64,000 bases of DNA from Marsupella aquatica (GCA_973895155.1 OZ316895.1:21526558-21590557); one strand, 5' to 3'. Positions 26,200 to 41,499 are shown, counted from the first letter of the stretch. Made by a program: numbers and translations. Notes: generated by a model from the letters alone, not told the origin.

Positions 26200-29100
26200 A
26201 TGTCCGCCGTGGCGGACGGAGATGTGCAGACAGTTGTTTACAACGTGTTAGGGCAGCGCGCAAAAGATGTGGATGAAACTATCCTGGATTACATAGTAAA
26301 TGTGCTCAAGGATGAAGAATTTGAATTCGGATGGAAGGGAGAGGGTGCATTTGAAGCACTGGGCCCTCTTCTGGTCGACTCCGGTTGTGTTGAAGATGAG
26401 GCCGGGGCACGAATGGTATGCTCAGCTTCAGGCGGTCGTCTGTGTCTTTCATTTCTGTTCTCCCTTTCTCATAATTTTAGGGCTTGAAGTTTCCAGTTCT
26501 CAGTAAAAGTTGTTTGCCTAGATATCATGGACAGCCCTCCAATTCTTTCAGTAATATCAATATGACTTGTAATTGTAGTCCAAACAATTGTAGTCCAAAC
26601 AATGTTCAATTTGTAGCTCCTCTTTTCACAACTTTGACTATTACCTCAAGCTAATTACGAAGGTTTCCAGCTATCGTGTGTTTGACCGTCATGAAGTAAA
26701 GGACTTCTGACACATCAGTGGGCCACTATAGTCTTTAGCCTGGTTGGTTGAGGCTGAGTCACGACATTCCTTTTACGAGACGTGTCATTATTACTTCTCT
26801 GAAAGATGATGCCATAGAAACAATCAACTTAACTCGGTGAATGAGAGATCCTGTTCCGATATGTTTCCGATAGGTTCAGTGCAGTGTCTTACTCGTCTCT
26901 AACAAGTAGTGTGTGTCTGGAAAAAAAGCCATGATCAAACCGTGCTAATCTAAAATGTGGGCAATTGGCTCACCGTGACATAGGTAAGCAGAGTCAACAT
27001 CGCTTGTCTTGGCTCATTCGAGAATATGTCACATTTACGGATTGAACGAGTAGAAGATGTTCGTACATTCATTTTTTTCAGGAACAGCTTGAATGATTGG
27101 CTGCGTTGAACAGCCTTGTCTTTTGAGTGGGTATAAAATTAAAATAAATCGGCAAGGACTGGATTTAGGATTGGATTTGAGCTCTTCTGAATAATGCCCA
27201 TTTGGCAAGGGAACACTTCTTAACATGAAGTTTCGCAGTGTTAGGCTAATTAGTGTACTTCCACAGGCCTTCTGTGACAATGTTTCAGACTGTTTCTCCA
27301 CGGGACTGGCCAATTGATAAGAGTTCCACGGGATTTTTACTGCAGGTTTGTGGCACACTTGCAGACAAATTCGGTGCAAGAAATGCAAAATCTCAGTCGC
27401 GAGGAGGTTTCAGGAAGTTAGAAACCTCGGTGAGAATGTCTGATGGGATGCCAGAAACTGAGAACGTTAGTACAGCTGAGCCAACACAGACTCCACCGCA
27501 GATTTCTGAACGTGATCAGATAAAACTGGAGCGTCGCAGGAGAAAGGAGGAAAGACAAAGGCTGGTGAGGTTTTATATTCTCCACTTCTTGAATAAAAAC
27601 ATTAGAATGAAAATAACCTAATACAATTCGGTCAACAAAATTCCTTGACAAAAGCTTTTTGATCCAAAAAGCTGTGATCTTCTTCGAAGAATAAATACTC
27701 TCCAAACATCTCAGTTTTTTAAAACATTACGATGTTGTATGGATTTAGTACTAAATGTTACTTAGATCTTGTATTTTGCAAAGTATGTACTGTATGAAAT
27801 TTAGCATATCCACAGCTGGTCTCTAACATCGGAATTCTCACAACAGCAAGACTATGAAGCCCACTTGGCCGCTGCTGAGGCAGCAGTTGCAGGAATGCCG
27901 GCAGTGATGGTAAACCATGGTGGTGTAGGAGAAGGCAGCGTTGCAAAGGATATTCGCCTCGAGAACTTCAGTATTTCATTAGGTGGAAAGGAACTCATAA
28001 ATCAAGCTACGATAACTCTTGCTTATGGGCGGCGTTACGGTGAGTCGCGTTAGGCTAACCTGTGAAGTGAATTATGGTGTCCGGTCATTTTTTACGTTGT
28101 GTAATCAAATTTCAGGTGTTCAACTGCAGGTGCACAGTATCTGTCCACCCGATAGTTGTTGTCTTGAATTTTGCCCTTTTCGACACTTTCGCTCTTATAT
28201 TAGCGCTGTGTATAAGTTCATGTGCTAAATGAGAGTGTGTATATGTCTTCAATAGGCCTGGTGGGTAGAAACGGTACTGGGAAGACAACTCTCTTGAAGC
28301 ACATGGCAGCACATGCAATTGATGGTATACCAAAGAATTGCCAAATCTTGCATGTTGAGCAGGAAGTTGTTGGTGATGATATTACGGTCATTCAGTGTGT
28401 CCTGAGCTCAGACATTGAGCGCACCCAACTTCTGGAAGAGGAAGCTCGTTTGATGGAACAGGTGACTGAAAAAGCTAGCAGGATTCTCGTAATTAATGGA
28501 TGCCACGTTCGAGTTTGAGCCCTTAGTAAATTGCTGTGGCCAAACCTTGGTTATAGAGTTACTATTCATTTTGCTGCCACAAGTGTTGTAAGTTTAACGA
28601 CGTAAGTTTTACTGCGGGTTTAATTGTATTACATAGTTTACTTCCAAGCACAGCGCTTACCCACTTTTGGACCTGCTTGACATGGTAACAGAAAGATCCT
28701 ATCTCAAGATTATCTCCTTCCAACAGTGTGGCTTCGGAAGTACAAGCCAATGGCAAATCATCCTCTGGTGGTGATTTGAAGAGCGGGTCAGCGCAAGAAG
28801 CTGCGAACGATGACACCAGAGATCCAGTCTCTGATCGGCTTGCGCAAGTGTATAAAAGGCTAGAACTAATAGATGCATATTCTGCAGAAGCACGTGCAGC
28901 ATCCATACTGGCGGTAAGTCCCTGTTTACTTTCTTAGAGGCAGGGGTAATCTTTTTCCTGTATGGAAGCGAAGGAAGGGCCATCCATCCTGGTGCAAGAA
29001 ATTGAGTCTCTATTTTGTTTGTTCAGCCCTGCACGCACAACCTCAACTGATTGATTGAGAATGTGATTGCTCCTCATATTTTTCTTCTGCACCTGCAATG

Positions 29101-32100
29101 CTTTCTGGGTACCAATCGCTCTTAACCTCCAATTATAGGCATGCTGCATCTAAACAATTAACTCGAAATTAATAGCTACTGTCCTCGGGGCTTCATTCTG
29201 TTGTCCTTCCCTTGGGCTGCTGTGGTATTTGGATAAATCATCTCTCGAGAGAACTTTCATCTGTTACTTCGTCTCCGACAAAAATAAAGATTGACAATAT
29301 TATGGTTCCTTGGGTGCTTTGCACATCTGAGTCATTTCTTCTAATCATCGCACCTGAGAGGCACTGAATATTCCTGAACTGCCATAGCTTAATGCCGTCA
29401 TGCTCTTTTTTTCAAATTTGCAGGGATTGAGCTTTGAGTCAGATATGCAGCTGAGGAAAACAAAGACATTTTCTGGAGGTTGGCGTATGCGAATTGCTCT
29501 TGCTCGAGCACTGTTTATTGAGCCCGACCTCTTGTTACTTGATGAACCTACGGTAAAATATATCACAATTGCTCCTCACAGTCTTCCCTTTTAGGAAGTG
29601 TAGTTTACTGAATATGTTTGTGTAAGATAATTTTGCTATCTTAAAATCCCTACGCGGACCCTTATTGGGTTTAATATTACATCAAGGAAATGCTTACTGA
29701 CTCGGAAAGTTCATCATTCTAAAACATATTCTCAGTTGAAACTCCTGCAAAGTTTCCTCTCTTTCTTGCATTCCTCCACAAGTGCTCCAGCGGACCTTCT
29801 AGTCAGTCCAGCTCGCATATTTTCACAACTGAACTTTGAAGATACTAGACGAGCGCACATTCGTACTGCATAAATATGAGTGGCTTCGGTGAGGGTCTGT
29901 CAACCTGGAATTTCATTTAATGGACACTGTCAACTTACATGTTGCAGTCTTGCTGTTGATATGTGTAACAGAATCATCTGGATCTACATGCTGTGCTTTG
30001 GCTGGAATCCTATTTATTGAAATGGCCCAAGACACTTATTGTCGTGTCACATGCCCGTGAATTTTTAAATACGGTATGTCCTATTTGGAGAGTGGGAGAA
30101 AACTCTGAGATAAAATCTAGGATACGGGTTTTTGCATTAATTTCTGCCATCTTCTAGTGTTAGTATCTCCCACATCCGGAGATTCCTAACATGAGGTTTC
30201 TCTCTTTGTTTATGTAAGTTTTTATGGACCTAACATTTTTGTTATGCTCTTTGACCTTTCGTCAATACTGCGTGCATGTTGCAAATGATGCAGGTTGTCA
30301 CAGATGTATTGCACTTGCATGGGGAAAAGATTACAACATACAAGGGAGATTATGACACATTTGAACGAACAAGGGATGAACGGCTTCGAAATCAACAGAA
30401 AGCTCATGAAGCAAATGAGCGGACCCGGTCCCACATCCAGGTAAATTATTTTTCCCCTACACTGCTCCTGGTCATTGTATTGAGATAGAGCCCTCTGCAC
30501 AGTTATGACCTAGTAGAACATCGTTGATCTCAATTGTTTTGGCAATGTATATTGATTGGTGTGCCGGCCCAAGTTACTTACACCTATCTTATTTCCATAG
30601 TGCAAATATTCACCACAGCTGTCTTGTTTTACAGGCCTTTGTGGATAAGTTCCGTTACAATGCAAAACGTGCATCTCTGGTCCAGTCGAGAATTAAGGTA
30701 AGCAGGTCAATTTTCTTGGTGGTGAGCACCTTCGACTTTTGATTTTGTGAAAGGAGTGAAATCTTTATCTCGGACTCTAGGATTTTGGAGCTGGAGCTGA
30801 CAAGGTTCTTGTGTTGTGGTTTGTCAGGCTTTGGAACGCATTGGTCATGTGGATGCAGTTGTCAATGATCCAGAGTGAGTATCTTTTCTAAAACGCAATA
30901 AGTGTAAATCCGAAGTTACCGAGTTAGATCGGAATCTCACTTATTCATGTCTGAAACTAGGATCTTGTCTTCATCACAAATGTGGGTTGTCATGTCTCCA
31001 GCTACAAATTTGATTTTCCTACTCCAGAGGACAAGCCTGCCGCACCAATCGTCAGTTTCAGGTCAGTGAGGTTTCTTAACTTGCGGCTATGGATTGTCCA
31101 ATTATGTTATGGGAATTCATCTTTGTATTGTTGCAATGGTGGTGCATTTCGCTCAATAACCTATCTCCTGAATAGTTATTTTGTGAAAATGGCAGTGATG
31201 CTTCATTCGGATATCCCGGCGGCCCTACTCTATTTAAGAATTTGAATTTTGGGATTGACCTTGACAGCCGCTTAGCAAGTAAGTGTCATGTGGTGCTTAG
31301 CCCTAAAGTTTTTTCAGTTTCACGAAAGTCAACTCTTGTAGCGTTAGATAAATGTTACGTCCTAATGTTTCCTACAAATATTTGGCTACAGACGCCAGTC
31401 TGCACTCTTCCTTCTTCAAAATTATGCAGAAGTGATTGAAGATTGTAACCGACCACTGTATTTTTATATATACGAGTCGCTTCAAATCTCAACTGTGTAT
31501 TGGTTGTGTTGTGATGCAGTGGTGGGACCAAATGGCATTGGAAAGTCTACATTGTTAAAACTGATCTCAGGGGAGTTGGAACCTACCTCTGGGAGTGTCT
31601 TTCGCTCTGCCAAGGTAAGGAACATGGCAAACAATTACTTCTCTGTCCTGAGGTCAAGTCGATTAGCTTTCTTCAGTGGTACCTTTGCAAGTTTGGACAT
31701 ATTTGACTCTTTAATGTTTAGTACCGCTCGTGGTTTGCTGTTGTGAACGTCATGAAGGGAAGTCTTATTTCATGTTGACAACTTCATTGACATGGTCACA
31801 ACTGAAACTAGGTTCGAATGGCAGTCTTCAGTCAGCATCACGTTGATGGGCTGGATCTCTCCTCAACGCCTCTCCTTTATATGATGCGGTGTTTTCCCGT
31901 GAGTTTCCATCTTGCCTACTGTTTTTTGCGTCTACAGTGTCCCCTGTTTGCACTATATGGGATCAGTAGTGTATTTATCTCAAGGGGTGTTGCATTTATT
32001 TGTGCCAAAGTTTGGCATTTACGGACTCATGATTGCCAATTTTCAATGTGCTTTCACCTGTAGCATAGTGCCATTAGATCTGTCAGTCCTGCCCAATATA

Positions 32101-33934
32101 TCGTACCCCATCCTGTTAGATGTCTTAAGTGGCCAAACTGGGACATCTGGGTGCCCAAGGGACCCAAGACATCATTTTTTCAAGTATTGTATAGTTTCTC
32201 TGTGGGATGGCAATGAAGTAAATGATCTGTTGTCATGATTTGTTTGATGCAACAGGGCGTGCCAGAACAAAAACTACGAGGTCATCTGGGTTCATTTGGT
32301 ATATCTGGGAACCTGGCTCTGCAAGCAATGTACACTCTCTCAGGTATTCGTCCGAAATTCCACTGGTTAAAAACTTCGATCATCATGTCCGATCTCCATC
32401 TCTTGGGTATTAACAAGGAAGATGGAGATTGGACATACCAACTCAGGGTTATTATAAGCAAGAACCTATTCTCTACCTTCCAGTAATGCTTATAATAACG
32501 CTTAGTTGGTTGATCTCGAGTCGAAAATGTAGGTATAGTCGTCAAAAGAATATCAAGGCCGTGATAAAACTATAACCTTTGAGGAGTGCTTGGGAGGCAG
32601 TCCGACAACATTTGAAGGAATGCGGTCTATCTTCCTGTGGAAATCTCCATCCCCGTCGTCTCCTTCCGGCCAAGCCCTAGCTTAATTTAAATATGCATTT
32701 AGAGTTTGGCTCTAGGTACACATGAATAGAGGATCACATCTACATAAGAGATTTTTTAAATACTGCAATATGCAGCATTTTAATAATGAGAACCAACCTT
32801 TTTAAGTTTTGTCTCAACCAGAGGCGAGATGTTAGAACTGAACCTAGGCTCCTCCTTGCGATGGCAAACATCCTCTCGTCCGTTTCTCGCACACTTGGAA
32901 AAGGAGCCGGTAGGATGGCTGAACTTGCGATTAGGGCAGAAAGCCAAATTACGCCATTACTAGTCTACCGTTCTCCACTGCTTATTTGCGTCTAGTTACT
33001 AACGGAAGTTATTACTGTATACATTGTTGGTCCTATTGTCCGACTGAAAAGTATATTCTCAGTCATTCCACATATTTTGAATCACTAACGAATTGAACAT
33101 TTTGGTGCAGGTGGTCAGAAAAGTCGAGTAGCATTTGCCAAAATTACTTTCCACAAGCCTCACATTCTTCTTCTTGATGAACCTTCAAACCATTTGGTAA
33201 AGTCCGGAACTTGCAGTTAAAGACCCCATCTTTCTATCGCATTCGTCTGCTGCCAATCGTATTGTGTCAACGCATAATCGTTGGACTTAAAAGTGTCAAT
33301 GTGTATCTAGAGTCTAGTCGGTATCCTCTGCTATAGCATTTCCTGTCTGACGATCATGATAATATGCAGGACCTAGATGCTGTGGAGGCCCTCATTGGTG
33401 GACTTGCTATGTTCCAAGGAGGTGTTCTAATGGTTAGCTTGCAACTCTCATCACTGCTTCATTTCTTTTTCTTCATTCTCTGTCTCCGTGTAAAGTGTTC
33501 CAAATCAGGCTTGTGTATGAGGCTCAACCGGAGCTCCTGCAAACATATACCAAAAGTCTTAGAGGTCAAATGTCGTCGGTCAACAGTATGAATCAGTGGA
33601 ACTTTCTAAGTGAGTCTTTAAGTTACTCTGCATCGAGTGCCAAATGTGCTGAGTTGATTTTAGCTCTTGAATCCATTTGGGTCAGCCTTTTGTCGAACAC
33701 AAGGCTTTAGTGCTTGAAATACAAGAAGGCTAGAAAGGCGCTGTATAAGTGGGTTCTTAAGCATCATTTATTCGACGAAGGTACTCACGGGGAATGTGCA
33801 CTTTGTGTGAACAGGTTAGTCACGATGAGCATCTCATATCTGGAAGCGTGGATGAGCTGTGGGTAATATCGGAAGGAAAGGCAACCCCTTTCCACGGGAC
33901 ATTTAAAGAGTACAAGAAAACACTACGGGTGTAA
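26200..33934 (+). CDS. ABCF3: ABC-F family ATPase, ABCF3/GCN20 type (multi-exon)
   Basis: N-terminal [17 protein letters not shown]1 has [44 protein letters not shown]. Linker [23 protein letters not shown]2 has [41 protein letters not shown]. No transmembrane domains. ATG at 26200, stop ends 33934. Confidence 0.96.
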
Positions 33935-36900
33935 ATTTCTTGATGACAAGTGTTTGTTGATTGCAAGCGCATCCTTGCCAAGTCCCACAGTTTCTGCTGG
34001 AGTTTTCCGACCATCCTTTCGAGGACCCGAAACGAGGAAATGCAGGAGGGAGATGTAGCACAGAAGATTCATTCCCAGGTGGAGTCAATCGGAATTTATC
34101 AATTAAAGGCCGTTTATGTACCTTATGCAATCTTTGAATCTCTATAGAGCGTTCCCCTATGGAATCTTGCAGCTTTCCAACTGTGAGGTGGTTTCCGGAA
34201 AATATGTTCGGCAAGAGTGGGATGCATGTGGGAATGAGCTCGTAATTCAAGATCGCCACAAGTTTATACATTCAGAAAGTACATTAGGGGAACGTTCTAC
34301 ATGGAAGAGTCATACATTGTTCATAGAATCTCTGGTTCAAGTTCTGAGACTCATCTTATAGCCTGGGATGTTATCCTCTATGCGAGGAAAAACACTAATG
34401 CATGCAAATTTTTGACACGTAATCACGCTGTCCGGGAGATACCTTACATCGATAGCAGGCTGGGAGCTTTAAATTAGAGATTCAATGGGAAGAGTGCTCT
34501 ACTGCAATCGAGGTTGAATAGTTGCCTTCTTATGCAACTCTCTGGACAAATAAGATGTTTGGGTACGCGTTCATATTTTGCCACATCCAAACAGATTTGT
34601 TCCGAAACCAGCCCATTGTGTGACTCTTGAAGTTTGAGTGTCTCCACCTTCTTATGATCAGTCGATGCTCGGGATTTAAGGGATCCATGAGGCTTCAGTA
34701 GCTTGCAGTTGTCTCATTACGTCTTATTAAGAATTTGTGAGTAGTTCATAGTTGAAGGAAGGCGGCAATCTACCTATGCTTTCTTGAATTTTGTGTCCTG
34801 ACTACGAGGTTTGTTCAGTTAGGGCCGTGTCATCAACCTAGTATCTTGACAGGTTCCTTCGTTGAAATAACCAGAAACGAAATCGGGAAGGCTTTCTTAC
34901 AAGACTTATGACACTGTCATTTGACAGCCATTGAGGAATCCATAACTTGTCAGAAAAGTGTTGGGCTATTCTCGTTTAGAGGGATCTTCCAAAAAGTTGA
35001 ACTGAAATTTTCGTTCAACAAAGTTATTCCTGTCTCTTGCCCAAACCGCTTACTGTGTTACTCAATGTTGTTTGATTGGCATCAAGGCCTAATCGTGCCT
35101 TCCTCGGCATACTGGACCTTTTGGAAGGCTACTATGTGCTTCTCTTTGCTGCCAAATCGCATGTTTATAATACTTACTCTTGAACGAAAGGACGATACTC
35201 CATGATAATCAATTCTGGATTTAGGTGATGGATCTCAATTTTGCTCGAGGATTTTGGTCCTCACCCAGCCTAAGTTTTCGTCTTGCCTCTTCTTAGTTTC
35301 ATTCTTTCTCCCCACAGATGGTTTATAGCCATTCGGACACCTTCAATCAGCACGAGTTCTCTTCCTGGGACAAGTAGTTGATGAATGGCTTTGGATTTTT
35401 CTCTGAACTCGTGTTGCACAACGTAGAAGCAGGAGCAGGCAACCAATCGAGTGTTTTGCACCACTCCAAGAATGTTGAGGTTGAACGATGGTCTAGATGA
35501 GGATAGAGTTAAATATTGATCATTTCTCCTGTGAACTATGACAATTTCATTTTATCATGGTTTCTAGTGGAATTCAAAAGGGGTAGGGTTCAAGAGTTTG
35601 GAGGCAAAAGTAAGAAATTCATGTTCCTTTAATATTTTAAGCCAAGTCTCCCATGGACAGTAGCATTGGACAAAATGCTCAAAGGGACTGTTCTAAAACA
35701 TTACTTCTTACTCAAATCTGTGCTCAAATCACACTTCTCCTTCTAGAAATGTCACCTTTTTGGGTGTCAGAAAAGCTCCTGGTCCATCAAAGTCTTGAGG
35801 TCCAATGCTGTGATCCATCTGAGCATCAACTGAGTTATCTTTGACAACAAGCACTGCACGCACTGTTCCTTTACATTTCCTTAACATGGGTCAAAGGGTT
35901 TGGGCTTTTAAACCACCAGTGGCCAGATTTCTCTCTTTTTTGCACATTTCTTTCCTCTGGGGTGATACATTGCTCCACACTTTCTGGAGAAAGGTACTAA
36001 AAATGGTGAAACTTGGTGTATACAAGTTTTGTCATGAATAGCCGCCTTTAAAGTAAGATGTGAAGAAAAACACTTTGGAGTTTTTACTATTCCTTTCAAG
36101 ACAAAACAGAATGGTGAAACCCACAAGCTGCTAAAATGATTTCGTGAAGATTACAAGGCATGAACCAATCTTAAAGTGTAAGGCAACCAGCAACAGAAAT
36201 GATGTATCAACCCAAAAAGTTGAGAAAAATTAAATAAGAAAGCCATCGTGAGCAAAATCTTGACCCTGGTTGGAACTTACTAGTAATCACCTTTCTTTAC
36301 TTCCCAAAAAACACTAGGCAACATTGCAATCTGCCCTATATAAGCGGGAAGTGTCCAACACTCTCCCTTCTTTTCTCATTCTATTCAATTTTTTTTCTCT
36401 AAAGTGCCAATCTGTTCCACGATTTGGGGGAAAATTTTACTGTTGATAGTGAAATTTGGTATCGTGCAGGTAACCCTAAGCTCTTGAAGGGGCAGCTGTG
36501 GTTTTTTAAAAATGAATCTCCAACAGGCAAGCCGGCATTACCTTTTGAAGAGGCATGGGCCCCTTTATGAAGGCTTTAGAACGTCAAATGAAGGGTGGAT
36601 TGTTTTAGGTTTTTTCCAAGAAATTTTCATATGGGGACCTGCGAATCTTTTCATTGAAGGTGTCGATTGGGATGCTGTTGAAAAAGTTTCATTTTTGTTT
36701 TGTTCAGTCATCATATACTGTTTTATTGGGGAATAGACCACTCTGTACTTTTAACAGTATTTCCTGTCCTATTCTTCTTGTGACTTGATTTTATATTATA
36801 TCCTTTCTGTCTTGTTGTGATTTCATTCCCTCGATTCGCATGACACTTGTTGCTCTCAGCTAATTATACCTTTAATATCCATACTTTTGGGTTTTATGTC

Positions 36901-37289
36901 CTTTCTCTCAACTTTCCTTACCTTATTTGACCATTTTTCCTTACGTGTTGGATCATTGTCCAAGAAAAGTAAAGACTGCACAGTTAAATATAAGATATAT
37001 ATTGGACCTCATGTCTGCACGTTTCCCTTTTGTATCGAAGAGAATAATTTTAAAAGTAAACCTAAGTACTGCACAACAGAGAAAGCGCTTGATCAGGGTT
37101 TTGGTTAGTCCTTCCTACACCTTTCCCTTTTTCATAATAAAGTGGGTGCTTCTTTTCTTCACCAGGTGAATGAACCACAAAAGTAGAGCGAAGGACTCTA
37201 AAAAATAGAGTGACCAGAGTAAGCCCAAAAAGAGGTAATCAAAATATATATACCATGCTATCAAAGGACAAAAAGTGCCTAACCAAGAG

Positions 37290-37460
37290 ACAAGATACCA
37301 AAGGCCAGAGATGCTATACAGAGGAGAAAACCAGGGGACAACCCAGGGAAACCCCAAGAAGACCAAAGAGCCAAAAGCCCGGGAGACAACATCCCAAAGG
37401 CCAGAGACCCAATATCAGGGAGGCAACCAGGAAAAAACCCAAGAAGACCAAACAGCCGTA
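37290..37460. repeat. Diverged ~95-bp purine-rich duplication
   Basis: ccaaaggccagaga..aaccagg..cccaagaagaccaaa.agcc occurs twice. Confidence 0.6.
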
Positions 37461-38119
37461 AAGCCTGAGGGTCCACAACAGTGGCAAAAGAACTAAAACC
37501 TACAAACTGAGCAACAAACTAAAAAGCCTGGTATATTACTAAAGTAAACCGCATAAGAGGGTCCCAAAGAGAAACACTCAAAAGGCTACCTGATGAACAA
37601 ATTATAAATGAAGTTTGTTTGTTTATTTTCAAATTGAAATCCTTGTTCATGGCCAGTACAAGTGAATCCCACATAGTCGCAAGGAGCAAAGAGAACCCTC
37701 ACTTAGTACTCCCCCCAAAATCCAAGTCTGAAATCACAATGAAATAAGGACCACGGAGTGCAATAGCAAGAGGAGTTTTCTTTGCGATCTCTTCACTATC
37801 TCTATCAAACTTCCAATATTCTCCCACTTCTATTGTCATTGCCTTCTAGGCATTCTATTTATTCCCGTATTCATTGGCAACTTAAAGATTGACTCCGACC
37901 AGTCAAGAATGGATGTTTTGGAAGCAAAAGAGAAAGAGAAATCTAAAGATAGAAGTTTTCACTATCTTTCTCAGAAATTGTCAAGAATCTGAATTCTGGA
38001 GCAAGAGATAACAAGGTTAAATGGCCAACTGACTACTAGTTTTGTTTATTTTTCTACAAGTTAGCCTCACTTAGGTACAGAGTAGCCTGGGCAGAGATAA
38101 TGAATTCTTTCTTTCCTAC

Positions 38120-38880
38120 CAGATAGTAGTATTAGATGCAATCCAACCTCTGTCCTCATTGTGTGGCGCCTCGTGCTGCCATGTGGCAAGGTGCCATTTA
38201 TTGCATCTCAACGCGCTTATTTCCCCCTCCCCCGTGTTGCTGGCCAACAAGTGCAGCTGAAATCTGCTATAGCACATAAAAAGTGAGGCAGTAAAAAGTC
38301 ATATTTACTCACCGAAAAGTGAAGAATATCATTTTACTTAGAAAAACCATAAAAACCATTGTTTTGTTGAGCAAAGACAAGATTCACAACATCAAACCTA
38401 TGAGCCATGCAACACACAAGTAATCGACATAGAGGGATATGTGGTGCACCTCAGCTTGAGGCTATGTCCACGGGAACACACGAGAGCTTTATTGCATTCT
38501 AGGTCCATCGACCATACCAAATCTCTGCAATACAAGATCCCCCTATCTCTCAACTGGGTCCATAACAATGAGCCTGAGTTACTCTATCCAAGCAAACACC
38601 TAGTTAACCTAACCTAGTAAGTGACTAAGATAAACCCTAACTATGGTTGGAGTGTATCCCTAGACAAGAATATATACATAACCTGTTTTGCTTCACTACA
38701 ACAATTTTTGGTCATTTTTTTCACAATACAATCTTTTCTGTGATTTTTGTAGAGTCAGCTGCTATTGTGGGCCTGGAACTTTTGCCCAACAGACAGGGAG
38801 GGGGGGGGGGGGGTAAGTAGGTTAAGGCTGCTGTCAGTGGTTAGTAACTTACCATCAAGCAAGGCTCATGGCATAATAAA
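38120..38880. mobile_element. Degraded relatives of the adjacent MITE
   Basis: aacctctgtcctcatt (38145-38160) is the reverse complement of 39483-39498. tgctatt..ggcctggaacttttgccc (~38760-38788) matches ~39372-39399. Confidence 0.55.
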
Positions 38881-39212
38881 ATTACCACTTTACTAGCTAG
38901 CATATCCTCAAATTGGTAAATATAACCAGTGGGCCAAGGCCTTAAAGTTTATGGCACAAAGACTCAAGGAGGGAAGTGTAAACCAGGGCCAAGACACTAC
39001 AGTAAACAAAGGAGGTAGAATAGCCTTACATGACTACTAAAAGGATCAAGAGATGGCTTGTGAGGCCTGAACAAGGCAACTGTCTGAATAAGAGGAACTT
39101 TCATAGGATACAAGGGCAGTGGCTTTCCCTATCTTTCTGGAATTCTATCTCAAATTTGTTTTTGTTTTTTTTCATTTAGTGGATATTCCTTAGTTTATTC
39201 TAAATTTATGGA

Positions 39213-39622
39213 ACAGTTTTTTACTAACCTGTCCCCCAAACAAGCTGGATTTACTTAAGGTGTCCCCAAAGGAATTCATGTACTAACCTGACCCCCAATT
39301 TGTATATGGGTTAGTCCCAAGGTTAGTACTATGGCAGAGCTATATTGGTGAGTATTTTAGCAGAGTTTGGTTGCTATTATTGGCCTGGAACTTTTGCCCG
39401 ACTGCACAAGCAAGGGGGTGCTAAGCAGGTTAATCCTGCAACCAATGTAACCTTGCCATGTGGTAGCCAGGGGGGGCTCACTAATGAGGACAGAGGTTGA
39501 GTTATTTCTACTGAGACAATACTAACCCATCTACAAGATGAGGGTCAGCTTAGTAAATAAATTTGTGTGGAGGACACCTTAGTAAATTCTGCTAGTTTGG
39601 GGGACAGGTTAGTAAAAACCGT
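39213..39622. mobile_element. MITE / non-autonomous TIR element with 8-9-bp TSD
   Basis: About 100-bp imperfect TIRs (ttttactaacctgtcccccaaa...gggttagt versus actaaccc...tttgggggacaggttagtaaaa). Flanked by tttatgga(a) at 39205 and 39623. Confidence 0.8.
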
Positions 39623-41499
39623 TTTATGGAAATCCAAATTCAGATCTTCTTGTTCCAGAATTAGTGTCAAACCTGAAAATGTTCTTTGCTTCCCAAGTCT
39701 TAAATTGATCTTGTTATGGAAGGTTAAGGGCTTACTTTTTACGCAACAATTTATTTACATACTCATTAGGACCCATATATATTTTCCACATTTATTTAAA
39801 AAAGTGGGAAAATACGCTAGTGCCTCAATCTTTCCCACACAGCACCATCAATAACCTTAAAGGGGACACAAGTGCAACTAGAGTACTTGTTGTTTCAAAA
39901 TAATCCTAGAGTACTTGTTGCAGAAAGGTTGTTGACTTCTTAACTGCAACATAGGCTAGGGTTAGTAACATTGTATGACTTAAAACACTAACGGCATTTT
40001 GAAGTTCTGGAGCGAAAATTGAGGGGACCTTGTTGACCTCAACAAGGAATGGTCTCCTAAGTTGACATACAGGTAGATTCTCTGCTACTTGAATGTTTTG
40101 TACATGAATTTTTAATTCTGAAACTTAAGCTTGGAAACATAATAATAAAAAACAATAATAATCCCTTACTCAAATTCAATGGTCTCTGTCTCTCTCAAGT
40201 GCGTGCATACTGGTTTGACTCCACAGAATCAGAGTATCAAAGATTCAGAGCCAAATCATACCTTACGGTCCTTTGGATTGTTATTTGGACCTCCACTTAT
40301 CAGCAATCTCTATGCATGTGATGTTATAATTGTTTGCCTAAAGTCAAAAGATGTTTTTGCTCGTCATGGTGATGCTCGAAATTAAAGATGTGAAATTCTG
40401 TTAAGAGTAGAAAAGAGTTTAAACAATGTAGTTTAGAATGTTATGTTTCTGTTTTTATATTTATAAAAAAAATTAATCAACTTTATAAATATCTAAGCGT
40501 CATTTTCCATGAAATAGTTTGGGAAAGATTATGGACTCCCATGGAAATTTGTCAATCCACTCCAGCATATGACATAGCCTCGAACTTTTTTCAATAGCAA
40601 TATATGTGTAGATTAAGGAAATGTTTCACGTTATTTTGTCTTTTTTAATAATTCTGAATATGGCAAAAGTTCTGTCTTTTCACAAATGGTATTGGTTAAG
40701 TCAACCAATTTTCTTGGTAGCACTGACCTGAGTGTGTAGTTCATCCCTAGAGAGTGCATAAAAGAGATAAAATAATAATTTAAAATCCTTAGCAGGTATA
40801 ATTCGATTTTGACATTTAGCACTAAGCAAAGCAATAAGGAACATGTATGCCAACCATACAAAGGCTTATATTACTTATGGTTCACAACTTACTTGAGACA
40901 TTGTGCTTGGTTAAAGCGTTGAGGGAGTAGGTGTGTTAGTTGTAAACTAAGACTCTCAAATCTGCATCTAGCTGTTTTTTGGTCATTCTATAGTGTTACT
41001 TGTGATCCAAGACATGTGTTTTACGCCAGCACTGTTTTGTCTACACTGGGTTGCTAGACCATGAAATTGGGAGCATTAATGCCGACATCAGGGCCAGGGA
41101 ATGACCTGGGGGGCAGGATTAATTTTGCAACAAAACATAGATACTTAGGACAGGTCATGGGGAACAAAGAGAGCTCAGTCGCTTACTAGTGAAAATTTCA
41201 ACAGTCTGCTCTCGTCTTTGACCCAAAAAGTGTTTTGACAAACTCTAATACAGGGTGTCATAGTTGGCTCAGGCAAAAAGATTAACATGCTCTGCAAAGT
41301 GACTTGCTGGGCTTGACATGAACAAATTTGATAAGTATCTTTGGGTTTTGTGGGCCTATCTTGATGGGTGGGTTCAAAAGTTGAAACTGTTTTTAATTCA
41401 AAAGTTAGAAATGGGATTTACTGTAGGTTCAAGCATTCAGTTTTTCTCACACGCAATATGATAGCTGGGGCCAAAAATATTTTGCAGAATGATTCTCTC

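Noticed and set aside
34900-36150. Possible LINE remnant downstream of ABCF3
   Set aside because: I could not read any RT or endonuclease motif, so there is not enough support.
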